Source of the DNA: Octopus sinensis
Lineage: Eukaryota
Reading direction: 5' to 3'
NCBI RefSeq assembly: GCF_006345805.1
Contig: NW_021836280.1
Coordinates: forward strand, 1 to 24,482
Length of the DNA stretch: 24,482 nt
Shown here: piece by piece, positions 1-13,084 of the stretch
Numbering within the stretch: position 1 is the stretch's first letter
Layout of the letters: each line of letters opens with the position of its first letter
Notes under the pieces: model-generated
Told to the model about the DNA's origin: nothing
What the model saw: the letters and a program-made list of their open reading frames with translations, nothing else
Database searches by the model: none
Program-made: the position numbers and the translations under genes

Positions 1-198
1 CGCCACCACCACCACCGCCACCATTATTATTGTCGTTGTTGTTGCTGTTGTCGATGCTTTTGCTGTTTTGTTGCGTTATTAGTTTTAGTTTTATCATTAT
101 CATCATAATCATCATCATCATCTGCATTTCATTATCATTGTTGTTATTATCGTTGTTGTTGTTGCCATTCATTGTTTGTTGTTGTTGTTATGATTATT

Positions 199-230
<32 letters not shown>

Positions 231-301
231 CATCACTATCACAACGTCATTAATATCTTTTATTCTTATTATAATTATTATCATTATTCCTGTTATTATT
301 A

Positions 302-335
<34 letters not shown>

Positions 336-879
336 CATTATTATTATTATTATTGCAAATGTTATCATTATCATATCGTCATTATCATTACTGTTGTTTT
401 AATAATAAATTTGAGCATCATCATCATCATCATCATTATCATCATCATCATCATCATAAATATAAACACCCTCCCCCTTACTCTCCTTCCTTTCTCTCCG
501 CCTCTCTTCCTCGCTTAACTCTTATTACCGTTCACTTTTCCGTCATCATCATCATCACCATAATCTATTACAATCATTTTTAATTATTCATTATGGTTTA
601 TTATTGTCGTCGTTGTTGTTGTTGCTGGTGATGTGTTGTTATTATTATATGTAGATTATATGATTATTAACATTGTTGCCATTGCTACTGCTACTAGTGT
701 GATGATAATGATAATGATGATGATGATAGTGATGATGATGATGACGACGATGACGACGACGATTCATTATGATTAACACAACTGTAAGTAGTAGTAGTAT
801 TAATAGTAGTAGTAGTATTAGTAGTAGTAGTAGTATTAGTAGTAGTAGCAGTAGTAGTAGTAGTAGTAGTAGTAGCAGC

Positions 880-920
<41 letters not shown>

Positions 921-1020
921 CTGTTTTTGTAAGTGTTATTAATAGTGGTATTTTTGTTGACGCCATCATCATCATCATCACCATCACCATCACCACCACC
1001 ATCATCATCATCATCATTAG

Positions 1021-1061
<41 letters not shown>

Positions 1062-1108
1062 ACATCATCATCATCATCGTCATCGTCATTAGCATCATCA
1101 TCATCATT

Positions 1109-1161
<53 letters not shown>

Positions 1162-1253
1162 CATCACCATCATCATCATCAGCAGCAGCAGCATCATCAT
1201 CGTCGTCGTCGTCGTCTTCATCATCACCATCGACTTCATTGTTGTTATAAGTT

Positions 1254-1290
<37 letters not shown>

Positions 1291-1330
1291 TCTTGTTGTT
1301 ATTGTCGTTGTTGTGGTTGTTGTTGTTGTC
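1..1330. repeat. Compound trinucleotide microsatellite field (ATT/ATC/GTT/GTA/GCT/CAT blocks)
   Basis: Directly visible runs such as (GTA)n 788-920 and (CAT)n 965-1200. The ORFs here are poly-I/M/S/T artefacts. Confidence 0.97.
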
Positions 1331-1442
1331 TGAAAGGTATTCATTCCTTTATTTGTATTTTCATCGAAAGTCACTCTGCATTCTTTCAACTGTGATAAAA
1401 TTTATGACCCGCAATATCGATTAAGGAAAGCAGTGCGCGTGG

Positions 1443-3845
<2,403 letters not shown>

Positions 3846-4071
3846 GCTCGCATCTTCCAAACCAATGCCGCCATATTTATTTATTTATCTATTTGTTTAT
3901 TTATGAATGTGTTTATTTTGGTAATTATCAAATATGTGGCTATTTACTCGACTTTTGATATTTATATTTAGTAACCTCCCCCCACCGCCATCATCCCTTA
4001 CACAGGGTTTCTATTTCCTCCAAAGCCCCACCCCTAACAGTTTTTTTTCCACCCAAAAACATTAAGCTATA

Positions 4072-4143
4072 AGATGATGGTGATTACGGTAATGTTGATG
4101 GCCATAGCGGCGATGACAATGATAAGGAAGAAGACGGCGATGG

Positions 4144-4193
<50 letters not shown>

Positions 4194-4239
4194 GGTGATG
4201 ATGATGATGATGGATTACGATGACGACGACGACGACGAC

Positions 4240-4277
<38 letters not shown>

Positions 4278-4740
4278 CGACGATGATGATTGTGACAGCG
4301 ACGATGCTGCTGCTGTTGCTGCTAAACAAGATGACGATGATGACGACAACGTCGGGGATGCTCAAGATGATGATAGCAAAAATAGTGATGAAGATATGAT
4401 GACGATGATGATAATGATGTTAACGACATAGACAACGATAACTATACTGCTAATGATGATGGAGATGATGAAGATGACGAGAACGACGTCGACGATGTTG
4501 AAGATGATGGTGGAGATGATGACGAAGATGATGATGATGATGATGAGGAGGATGATGATGATGATGATGACGACGACGACGACGACGACGATGGGATGAT
4601 GGCAATACGTGGACAATGAAGAGGATGAAGACGATGACGGCGACGTCGGTAACGATTATGACGACGAAGATGATGACGATTATGATGATAATCTTGATAA
4701 CGATGACATCGATGATGTCGATGCTGCTGATGATGACAAC

Positions 4741-4776
<36 letters not shown>

Positions 4777-5895
4777 GACGACGACGACGATGATGATGAT
4801 AATGAAGTCGATGACGATGATGATGATGATGATGACGATGATGATGATGATGATGATGATGATGACGATGATGGTGATAGTGATGATGATGATGACGACG
4901 ACGATGACGACAATGATGATAATAACGATGATGAAAATGACGACGATGACGATAATGATGATGATGATGATGATGATGACGACGATAATGATGATAAAAC
5001 AACTATAGAAATCGTGATCATATTGAGTATGGTAATGATAATATCTCTGCTGCTGCTGCTCCTGCTGCTCCTGCTGCCACTGCTGGTGTTGTAGAGGTAC
5101 TTATTGATGAACCAGATGAGTATGAAGAAGATGAAAACATAACGATTATAACAATGCTGGCGTTTAAATGGCGGTGGTGTTGGTGCCAATAGCGATGGTA
5201 GTCGTCATATTGATGGTTCTGATGGTGATGGTGATAGTGATAGTAGATATCATTTTAGTGGTGGTGGTGGTGGTGGTGGTGGAGGTGTGGTTTTGTAGAT
5301 GTTGATGGTGGTAGTAATATTGGTGGTGGTGGTGGTGGTGGTGGTTTTGAAGGATGCGTTTGTGGTGGAGATGGAGGTGGAGGAGTGATTGTGATGAAGA
5401 GACGGTTGTGGTAGTGATGGTGGTGGTGGTGAAGATGAAGATGAAGGGGTGTTTGTGATGGAGAGGAGATGTTGGTGACAGTGGTGGTGGTGGTGGTGGT
5501 GGTGATGGTGATGGTGGTGATGATGGGGGCGGTGTTGTAGTTGTTGTTGTTGTCGTTGGTGGTGGTGGTGGTGGTGGTTGATAATGGTGGTGATAAGGAT
5601 CTCATAAGGGTCATAACGAGGAAAACCTTAGGAAGAATACGATAATGATGACGATCAGGATGATGGCGACGATGATATGGAGAAGGTGGAGAGGTGGAGC
5701 AAGAGGAGAAGGAAGAGGAGGAGCACACAAGAACAATATTATCAGTAATAGCAATGTTAACAATGCGAAAGCTAAGAACTACAATATGAAACATGGGAAC
5801 AATAACAGCTACAGGGACAAAAAAAAACTTCTATATTAGCAATAACCACCACAAAACAACAATAACTACCAGCACAACATCAAGAACAACAACAT
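4072..5895. repeat. Compound trinucleotide microsatellite field (GAT/GAC/GGT/AAC)
   Basis: Long in-phase GAT/GAC and GGT runs that give spurious poly-D/M/H ORFs. Confidence 0.96.
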
Positions 5896-6227
5896 CAAAT
5901 TCTCTGTGCGAGAAAATGCTATAGCTTACAAACGGTTTATCTCACATAGCGATGTCACGGAGAAAACAGTCAATTCACTGTTAATTCACTGTTAAGATTA
6001 TAAGATACACGAGCCATTAGGAGAACTAACACCGGACGTATTCCCGTCTTATTCTGACCTCGTCAGTGAAATAGTCTTTTCACAGTAATTTTATTTATTA
6101 TACTAAGAAGATAGAGAAAGAATTATTTACCAGAAATGATTATGTTTACTTTTTCTTTGAATTGTTTGAAAAATAAAGGCTTCTGCGAAACCATCAACAT
6201 AAAGAACAATGTCGCAGGAATACTCAT

Positions 6228-6367
6228 TTGTTGCCAGCTGAGTGTGCTGGAGCGATGTACAATGGTGAGTTTTACTCAAGAACACAGCGCATCGCCCGGT
6301 CCAGGAATCGAAGCCATAGCCTCTCGATCACGAGTCTAACACCCTAACCACTAAGCCAAGCGCCTCT
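6228..6367 (-). mobile_element. tRNA-derived SINE 5' fragment (family B head)
   Basis: The reverse complement has A box TGGCTTAGTGG and B box-like GCTTCGATTCC followed by TGTGTTCTTGAG...CTCCAGCACACTCAGCTGGC. It is homologous to 15639-15780. Confidence 0.8.
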
Positions 6368-6499
6368 ATCTTGAGGTGTGTGTTTCGGCCTTAAAATATC
6401 GTAGAAGCCCAGCACAACGATCGATGAGAACGACTAAATCTATTCTAATAAAATTACTGACCATTAAGACTCATTAGAGCATCGGAATAAACATGCTTC

Positions 6500-8240
6500 G
6501 TGGCACTACTTTCGGATCATTATATGCTGATATCAAATCTCACCGAGTTCAACTTTCCTTTTTATCCTGTTGATGTCAATCAAATAGAGTATCCGTCAAC
6601 TATTCTTTTCTATTCTAGGCAAAAGGCCCGAAAATTTTTTTGGTTGGAGGGGGTTAGTGGATTAGATCGACCCTACTACGCAACTGGATGCAACTGGATG
6701 AATGGCGAAGTCGACCTCGGCGGAATTTGAATTCAGAACCTAATTACAGACGAAATACCTTTTGGTTTACTACCCACAAGGGGCTAAACACAGAGAGGAC
6801 AAACAAGGACAGACAAACGGATTAAGTCGATTATATCGACCCCAGTGCGTAACTGGTACTTAATTTATGAAAAGCAAAGTCGACCTCGGCGGAATTTGAA
6901 CTCAGAACGTAACGGCAGACGAAATACGGCTACGCATTTCGCCCGGCATGCTAACGTTTCTTATTTCTTTATTGCCTTCAAGAAGCTAAACATAGAGGGG
7001 ACAAACAAAGAGGGACAAAGGGATTAAGTCGATTATATCGACCCCAGTGCGTACCTGGTACTTAATTTATCGACCCCGAAAGGATGAAAGGCAAAGTCGA
7101 CCTCGACGGAATTTGAACTCAGAACGTAGCGGCAGACGAAATACCGATAGGCATTTCGCCCGGCATGCTAACGTTTCTTATTTCTTTATTGCCCTCAAGA
7201 GGCAGAATTTGAACTCAGAACGTAATTACAGACGAAATACCTATTTGTTTACTACCCACAAGGAGCTAAACACAGAGGGGACAAACAAGGACAGACAAAC
7301 GGATTAAGTTGATTATATCGACCCCAGTGCATAACTGGTACTTATTTAATCAACCCCGAAAAGATGAAAGGCAAAGTCGACCTCGGAAGGATTTGAACAT
7401 GCGGCAGACGAAATACTACTAAGCATTTGGCCTGGCGTGCTAACGTTTCTGCCAGCTCGCCGCCTTCTTGACAGTTATTTCTTTGACCCTGGAAGGATGA
7501 AAAGCAAAATTAAACTATGTTGAATATGAACTCCGAACGTAAAAATGGACGAAATGTCGCTAAGCATTTGGTTTGGTATGATAACGATTTTGACAACTCG
7601 CCGCCTTAATAATCCATTTTGCTCTAGGCACAAGGCCTAAAATTATTGGAGTGGGGGTAATTAATTACATCAACCCCAGTGTCTAACACTTATTGCATCG
7701 ACCACGGTGGAATTTGAACTTCGAACATAAAGAATGACGAAATGCCACTGGCCATTTTTGTCCAGGATGCGAACGTCTCTGGCTGATCGCTGCCTTAACA
7801 AGAATTACAAAAACCCTTTCTATCATGGATATCAGACTTGAAATTCTGGGTGAGGGGCTAGTCGATTACATCGAACCCAGTACTTAACTGACGCTTATTT
7901 CATCGATCCAGAAAGGACGAAAGGCAAAGTCGACCTCGGCAGCATTTGAACTCAGAACATAAAGACGGTCGAAATACATGTTTCTTTACTACCCACAAGG
8001 GGCTAAACACAAAGAGGACAAACAAGGACAGACAAACGGATTAAGTCGATTATATCGACCCCAGTGCGTAACTGGTACTTATTTAATCGACCTCCAAAGG
8101 ATGAAAGGTAAAGTCGACCTCGGCGGAATTTGAACTCAGAACGTAACGGCAGACGAAATACGGCTACGCATTTCGCCCGGCATGCTAACGTTTCTGCCAG
8201 CTCGCCGCTGAGTATTTTGACCGGAGTGCTAACGATTCTT
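6500..8240 (-). mobile_element. Cluster/tandem multimer of SINE family A (about 9-10 full or partial copies, nearly all minus strand; one decayed plus copy at 6500-6600)
   Basis: The motif AAAGTCGACCTCGGCGGAATTTGAACTCAGAACGT recurs near 6710, 6876, 7093, 7374, 7926 and 8111. Heads (GCCAGCTCGCCGC on +) are at ~7451-7466 and ~8196-8208. There are two tail types. Confidence 0.93.
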
Positions 8241-8576
8241 CTAGCTTTCCACCTTTAAATCTCTGTCGTAATAATAGTAATGGTAATAATTTCAAATCAA
8301 TAACAACCATCATGCTAAAAAAAACTATATCGTAAAGCTAAAATCATAGACACTCCTTTTTCTTGTAATCAGTTATTGCTTTTCTACATCTTGTGTAAAC
8401 TCCGTATTAGGGTCCAGTTTCTGCTCTCCCTAACTATCACAGATTTAAGTCCACCCATTGACATTTTCACGTCCAGCCACGAGTTTCTTCGATTTCAAAT
8501 GGTCACTCTCATATGACCTTATTAGCTACTTTTAGCTACTTATCAGGGTTTTTTTTTTATATCGTTACGCTACTGA

Positions 8577-8702
8577 TTCAGGCGTATGGTTTTACGACCC
8601 TCAAACCATAATTTCAATCCCTGATGCGGGTAGCAACTTGTGACCTTGACTATAACACTACATTTTGCGTTGTTTCTGTCTAGTCAACTGTAATGAGTAA
8701 GT
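8577..8702 (+). mobile_element. Highly decayed tRNA-SINE head
   Basis: GGCGTATGG...TTCAATCCC...TTGTGACCTTGA...CAACTGTAATGAGTA follows the layout of 15639-15785. Confidence 0.45.
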
Positions 8703-9382
8703 ATAACTCGTGCCCTGGAGCAGCTGTCTCTTCCTCTAACCTCCCAGCTGTCTCCTCATCGATGTTCCTCTAAAGAGCTGAAAGGGTGTCTATGTCAAAT
8801 AGTGACGCCGAAATCAATAGGCGAAAGCATGGTAATGTGTCACCAAATCATACTCGCTCGCGAGTGACGGCTGGTTATACCTTACTTTGCTTTGCTCAAT
8901 GAATATAGATAATTAACGCGCACCATCACCAGCACCGCCACCAACAACCACCACAACCATCACCACCATCACCACCATCACCACCACCATCATCATGTCT
9001 TTGGATATATTCCATAACTGCAAGGACACGCTTACCAAAAATGACGTAATCTATTGTTTCTTTTTTTTTAATACGCAAATTTATTTTTTCTTTAGTCAAT
9101 AGTAGCAGAGGTTAGCTTTCTTTATTATATTACTATAGTAGTTGGTGTGTGTGTGTGGCTAGACATTGATCTAGTGCAGGTCTTCCGTTTCTGCCTTTAG
9201 TCCAAACCTTTTAAAGCATTGTTGGTATTCATAGCGCCTTACTTCCTCCCTGTCCAGTCTTGCAGGATGATGAACACGAGGTGTATTTTACTCTCCGACG
9301 TTTTTCGTCTTTCATACAACTTCGCGTTTTCGTTTTGATGTCCTTTGTTTTGTTTCTATATTTTGTGTATTTTCCTTTTTTC

Positions 9383-9677
9383 CACACACACACACGCACA
9401 CACACACACACGCACATACACACACACGCACACACACACACACGCACACACACACACGCACACACACACACATACACACAAAGTTTTTGTTGTTTTGTTC
9501 AAAAGTATACCGTTCCCCCGACAGACTATTTAGTATTAAGGTAGTACAGTTTGTTTACACACACGCTTATACACATACATACAAGTACATACATCAACAC
9601 AAATATGTCTATCTATCTATCTATCTATCTATCTATACCAAATTTTCAAAGCAATGTATATATACACACACACATAT

Positions 9678-9710
<33 letters not shown>

Positions 9711-9725
9711 CATGTGTGTGTGTGT
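9383..9725. repeat. (CA)n / (TCTA)n / (TA)n microsatellites
   Basis: Directly visible. Confidence 0.93.
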
Positions 9726-10095
9726 AAATAATATAGTTACGGTTCTCTTTTTCACTATTTTCTAATATTGCACAAACAAGTTTCTATTTTTCTTGTTTCT
9801 AAGTATTTTCCAGGATCGATCATAGCTATCAGCTCCTGAGTACCATTTCCTCCTTCTCTTCTTCTCCTTCCTCCCATTCTCTTCACCTTGTAGCCCTTGT
9901 GTGTGTGTGTGTGTGTGTGTATTAACTATAATTCTGCCTCGAACAGCATCATCGGTGTTAAGTCAATGATGAGAGCTGGTAGATATGGTTCTGCAATGTT
10001 CCGAATTGTCTTGCAATAGTTAGAGCCCTTCCTTTGATGTCCCGGTTTCAATTTCCGCAGTCAAAATTTGAAACTATTTTTATTATTCTTTCAGA

Positions 10096-10300
10096 AAGCG
10101 GCTAGCTGGCAGAATCGTTAGCACGCCGGGCAAGATGTTTAGCGCGTTACGTTCTGAGTTCAAATTCCGCCGAAGTCGACTTTGCCTTTCCTCTCTTCGA
10201 TGAAATAAGTACCAGTTACGCACTGGAGTTGATGTAATCGATTAGTTTCCTCCACACCTCCCCCGAAATTTCAAGCCTTGTGCCTATAGCAGAAAGGATT
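10096..10300 (+). mobile_element. SINE family A copy (tail type B) with a 13-bp internal deletion
   Basis: Head GCTGGCAGAATCGTTAGCACGCCGGG, B box GAGTTCAAATTCC, central GTCGACTTTGCCTTTC...AAATAAGTACCAG, tail GCCTTGTGCCTATAGCAGAAAGG. Confidence 0.9.
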
Positions 10301-10309
10301 GTTTTAATA

Positions 10310-10440
10310 CTCCGCCGAGGTCAGCTTTGTCTTGCGTCTTTTCGAGATCGATAAAATAAGCACCAATTAATCACTGGAATCGATGTCATCGATTTACCCT
10401 CTCCTTCAAAATTGCTGGCCTTGTTCAAAATTTGAAACCA
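10310..10440 (+). mobile_element. Decayed 5'-truncated SINE family A copy
   Basis: CCGCCGAGGTCAGCTTTG...GATAAAATAAGCACCA...GGCCTTGTTCAAAATTTGAAACC. Confidence 0.8.
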
Positions 10441-10984
10441 TGATTATTATTTTGTTAATATCAACAACAACAATAATAATAATGCTGTGTGGGAGTAGAA
10501 CACCCCTATTGGTTGGCTCCTAATGGAACGTGCCACAATATAAATTGACATGCGCAGAGAGCCTTCAGTGCAGTGTAAAGCCGATAATTGTCGAGGGTTA
10601 TTACCAGTATCTTGAGTAGAATGATTCGCAAGGACATTATTATTATTATTATCCCGTTATATCGTACGTCGAACGTGCGATACAACAAATAACGAGGCAA
10701 CTGAAGCAGCCTATAAGCACATCCTACTATTTTCATAAAATCTACAGTAAGGTACAATCAGTCATAACTCACGAACGAGTATGACACGGTAAATTGTATC
10801 ACGTTGTCGCTGTTTCAGGTGCCTACGCAGATGCGATCAGACGTAGAAACACGCGGACTTTTCGGACTTGATCGAATAGAGAATCGTGTAAGTGACCGCT
10901 GGATGGAGAGAAGGCTGTACATGCATTTATATGCATTAGATTAGACTGATACGCATTAGACTTGAATGTCCTGGAGGTGAAAAT

Positions 10985-11095
10985 CTAGATGAAATGAAGT
11001 GCCTTACTCAAGTATACAACGTATTAACCGGTCAAAGAATTGAACGCGTGTTCATATGATTATCAGCCGAATGCCCCTAACCACTATGCTTCATA
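10985..11095 (-). mobile_element. Decayed tRNA-SINE head (family B-like)
   Basis: TGAAATGAAGTGCCTTACTCAAG...GAATTGAAC...CCTAACCACTA parallels 6250-6360. Confidence 0.6.
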
Positions 11096-11199
11096 CTTCC
11101 CAAATTACTGATTATACATAAGGTAATGTAGATATAGATCCACCGCAAAATACTGACCTTTTGCTGGCGTAGTGAGTTGTGTACCTCAATAATTTCGTG

Positions 11200-11533
11200 A
11201 GCTATCCCAGTCGAGCGTAATCTCCTGGCAGTGCCTCCCCTGCTGGACAGGTCAAAGGATAGAGGTCAGATTAACATGGATCACCTATTTTCAAAGGTAA
11301 GGATGGGTTTGCTTTGAGACAGCATCCTTACCTAGAAAAAACCCCATAGTTACAGAACCGTTGATGACAATTCAAAACAATACCTTGGTGAGGAAGGACT
11401 TTCCCCAGGGGAACATTTGTCAGTGCTGAAAAAGCAGCAATTCAACTGGAGGGAAGCAGAAACACAGCACAGTGGAGAAAAGTCGTCGATGGTTTACGCT
11501 CTAAAGGGATCGAAGAGCTTCAGTGAATAAGAA
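11200..11533 (+). mobile_element. Bipartite non-autonomous RTE-clade retroposon (5' UTR-like part fused to ORF C-terminus/3' end)
   Basis: 11441-11526 reads FNWREAE...QWRKVVDGLRSKGIEELQ*, resembling the RTE ORF C-terminal W-x-E...WR-x-x-V-x-GLCS motif. The 5' part resembles RTE 5' UTRs from memory. Confidence 0.6.
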
Positions 11534-11547
11534 ATGTTGGTATAGAC

Positions 11548-12245
11548 CAGTGATTCTCAGCCGGGTCCACATGTCCCCACAGGGTCCATATAAATCTTTG
11601 TTGGGGTTCACACAAGGAAAATAGCAAGTTGGGGATCCACAGTAATGTGTTAAGTGTCCACGAAAAGGTTTTGATTATTGCAAGAAACAGCTAGGGTTTC
11701 TTTCCAAAACGTTTTACATAGTTCAAAGTACACAAGTAACTGTGTAAGTAACAAAATAGAACTTTTGAAAAAGTATCGGTGCTACTTTGGCGTGTGATCT
11801 GAAACCCAAATGGTTATTAAGTTAGGTAATTTTTAGTTTACTTTTCAATTTCTAAAAAGACTTAACATGTTGGCTACAGATTTTTTACAATAAATTCTAT
11901 TGTATATACTTAGCATTATAAATGTATTTTCTTCAAAACTCTTACTATTTCATTTATGCCTTAGTAAATAATAATAAGAAACCAAGAATAAAGAATATAA
12001 TAACTAAAATAAGCGCGTAGACCGCACAAGTTTGACAGCCGTGAATCTTCGAGAGGAAGGACTTTCCTCAAGGAAACAACTAACCTAAATTAATCGCCCT
12101 TGAAGTTGTAGATCACACGCCAAAGTAGCATCAAAGTATCTATGAAACTAGATTTGAAATATTAAATGGCTGTGGCGGGATGTCCACCGGAATAAAATAC
12201 TAATGAAAGAGGTCCATAGGTAAAAAAAATGGTTGAGAACCCCTG
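11548..12245. mobile_element. hAT (Charlie-like) MITE, interrupted by a nested element
   Basis: TIRs are CAGTGATTCTCAGCC and GGTTGAGAACCCCTG (12/15 match), with subterminal GGGTCCA repeats. The TSD has decayed. Confidence 0.8.
11778..12132. mobile_element. 355-bp MITE with 23-bp TIRs and a perfect 8-bp TSD; Merlin-like
   Basis: Left TIR GGTGCTACTTTGGCGTGTGATCT (11778-11800) and right TIR AGATCACACGCCAAAGTAGCATC (12110-12132) match 22/23. TSD AAAGTATC is at 11770-11777 and 12133-12140. A GG terminus with an 8-9 bp TSD is the Merlin signature. Confidence 0.85.
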
Positions 12246-12414
12246 ATTTAAGTTAGATAGTCTATGCCTGGATAAATGATCGGATAGTCGCGGGTGGGAC
12301 GCTTTTAATAAGTTTACGCTTACAGAGGCGATATGTGACTAAATATATACATACCAGTAATATCATGCATTTGTTTCAAATGCATCCAGCTATACACATC
12401 TCTTGTGTATTACT

Positions 12415-12612
12415 TTTGTTTAACCTCGCGTCAGATTTGATCTAGCAGGACATTGATCAAATGAGGTTCCGGCCATGACCGTTCCGCATTAATATATATA
12501 TATTATATATATGTGTGTGTGTGTGTGTGTATCTAGGGCTTTATGGTCCAATGTGTATCAGAGTAGGATACGATTTGAAGGAGAATAGGCTGCTATTTCT
12601 TGCAAATCGATT
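12415..12612 (-). mobile_element. 5'-truncated SINE-like repeat (family C)
   Basis: Homologous in reverse complement to 12855-13050. Strand is assigned from a remembered octopus SINE tail consensus. Confidence 0.65.
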
Positions 12613-12654
12613 ACCATTACTGGCTTCTTGGGTGCCACGTTTTCATGGTTGTCG

Positions 12655-12681
12655 TTGCTGTTATTGCTGTTATTGTTGTTG

Positions 12682-12755
<74 letters not shown>

Positions 12756-12757
12756 AT

Positions 12758-12809
<52 letters not shown>

Positions 12810-12822
12810 GTAATAATAATAA
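12655..12822. repeat. (TAC)n-(TAA)n compound microsatellite
   Basis: Directly visible. Confidence 0.97.
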
Positions 12823-12854
12823 TGCCGTCGCCGCGAGCCAAAGAAGGCATGTCT

Positions 12855-13050
12855 AAATGCTGAGCTGACCTCCTAGAAATAGCCGCTAAAGTTTCTTTAA
12901 ATCGCGTTCCACCGTCTTAGAATGAGGAATTCATTGATTAATGTAATGTGTTCCTAGGTTTCCCGCAGATAAGGAACAAATGGGTTCGTCATGGCTGGAT
13001 TCCTTCGATCATGGGTTCGCTCGATAGGATCTGACCTGGGGCTAACCAAG
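12855..13050 (+). mobile_element. 5'-truncated SINE-like repeat (family C)
   Basis: CTAGAAATAGCCGC...GTCATGGCTGGA...TCTGACCTGGGGCTAA. It is the inverted homolog of 12415-12612. Confidence 0.65.
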
Positions 13051-13084
13051 ACCAAAAATAGTAAATGCTGCTACTGCCAAGAAT

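Noticed and set aside
4609-5094. 161-aa Asp-rich ORF resembling acidic shell-matrix proteins
   Set aside because: It lies inside a GAT/GAC microsatellite where several frames are open. It has a GTG start, no signal peptide and no convincing splice context.
6600-8240. SINE multimer as a CRISPR array or hammerhead retrozyme
   Set aside because: There are no unique spacers or cas genes, and the context is eukaryotic. No conserved CTGANGA...GAAA core was seen in the unit; CTGACGA at ~16516 is a single-copy variant.
9171-9287. Minus-strand frame containing RLDREEVRRYEY, reminiscent of the cadherin LDRE motif
   Set aside because: It is only 38 codons between stops, and lacks the AxD and DxNDN motifs that follow LDRE in cadherin repeats.
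9960-10160. ATGATGA as a C/D snoRNA C box
   Set aside because: There is no nearby D box with a terminal stem, and the next CTGA lies inside a SINE.
10500-10655. Possible R4/Dong-type LINE 3' end before an (ATT)n tract
   Set aside because: The peptide resemblance (ILSRMIRK) is too weak to support a call.
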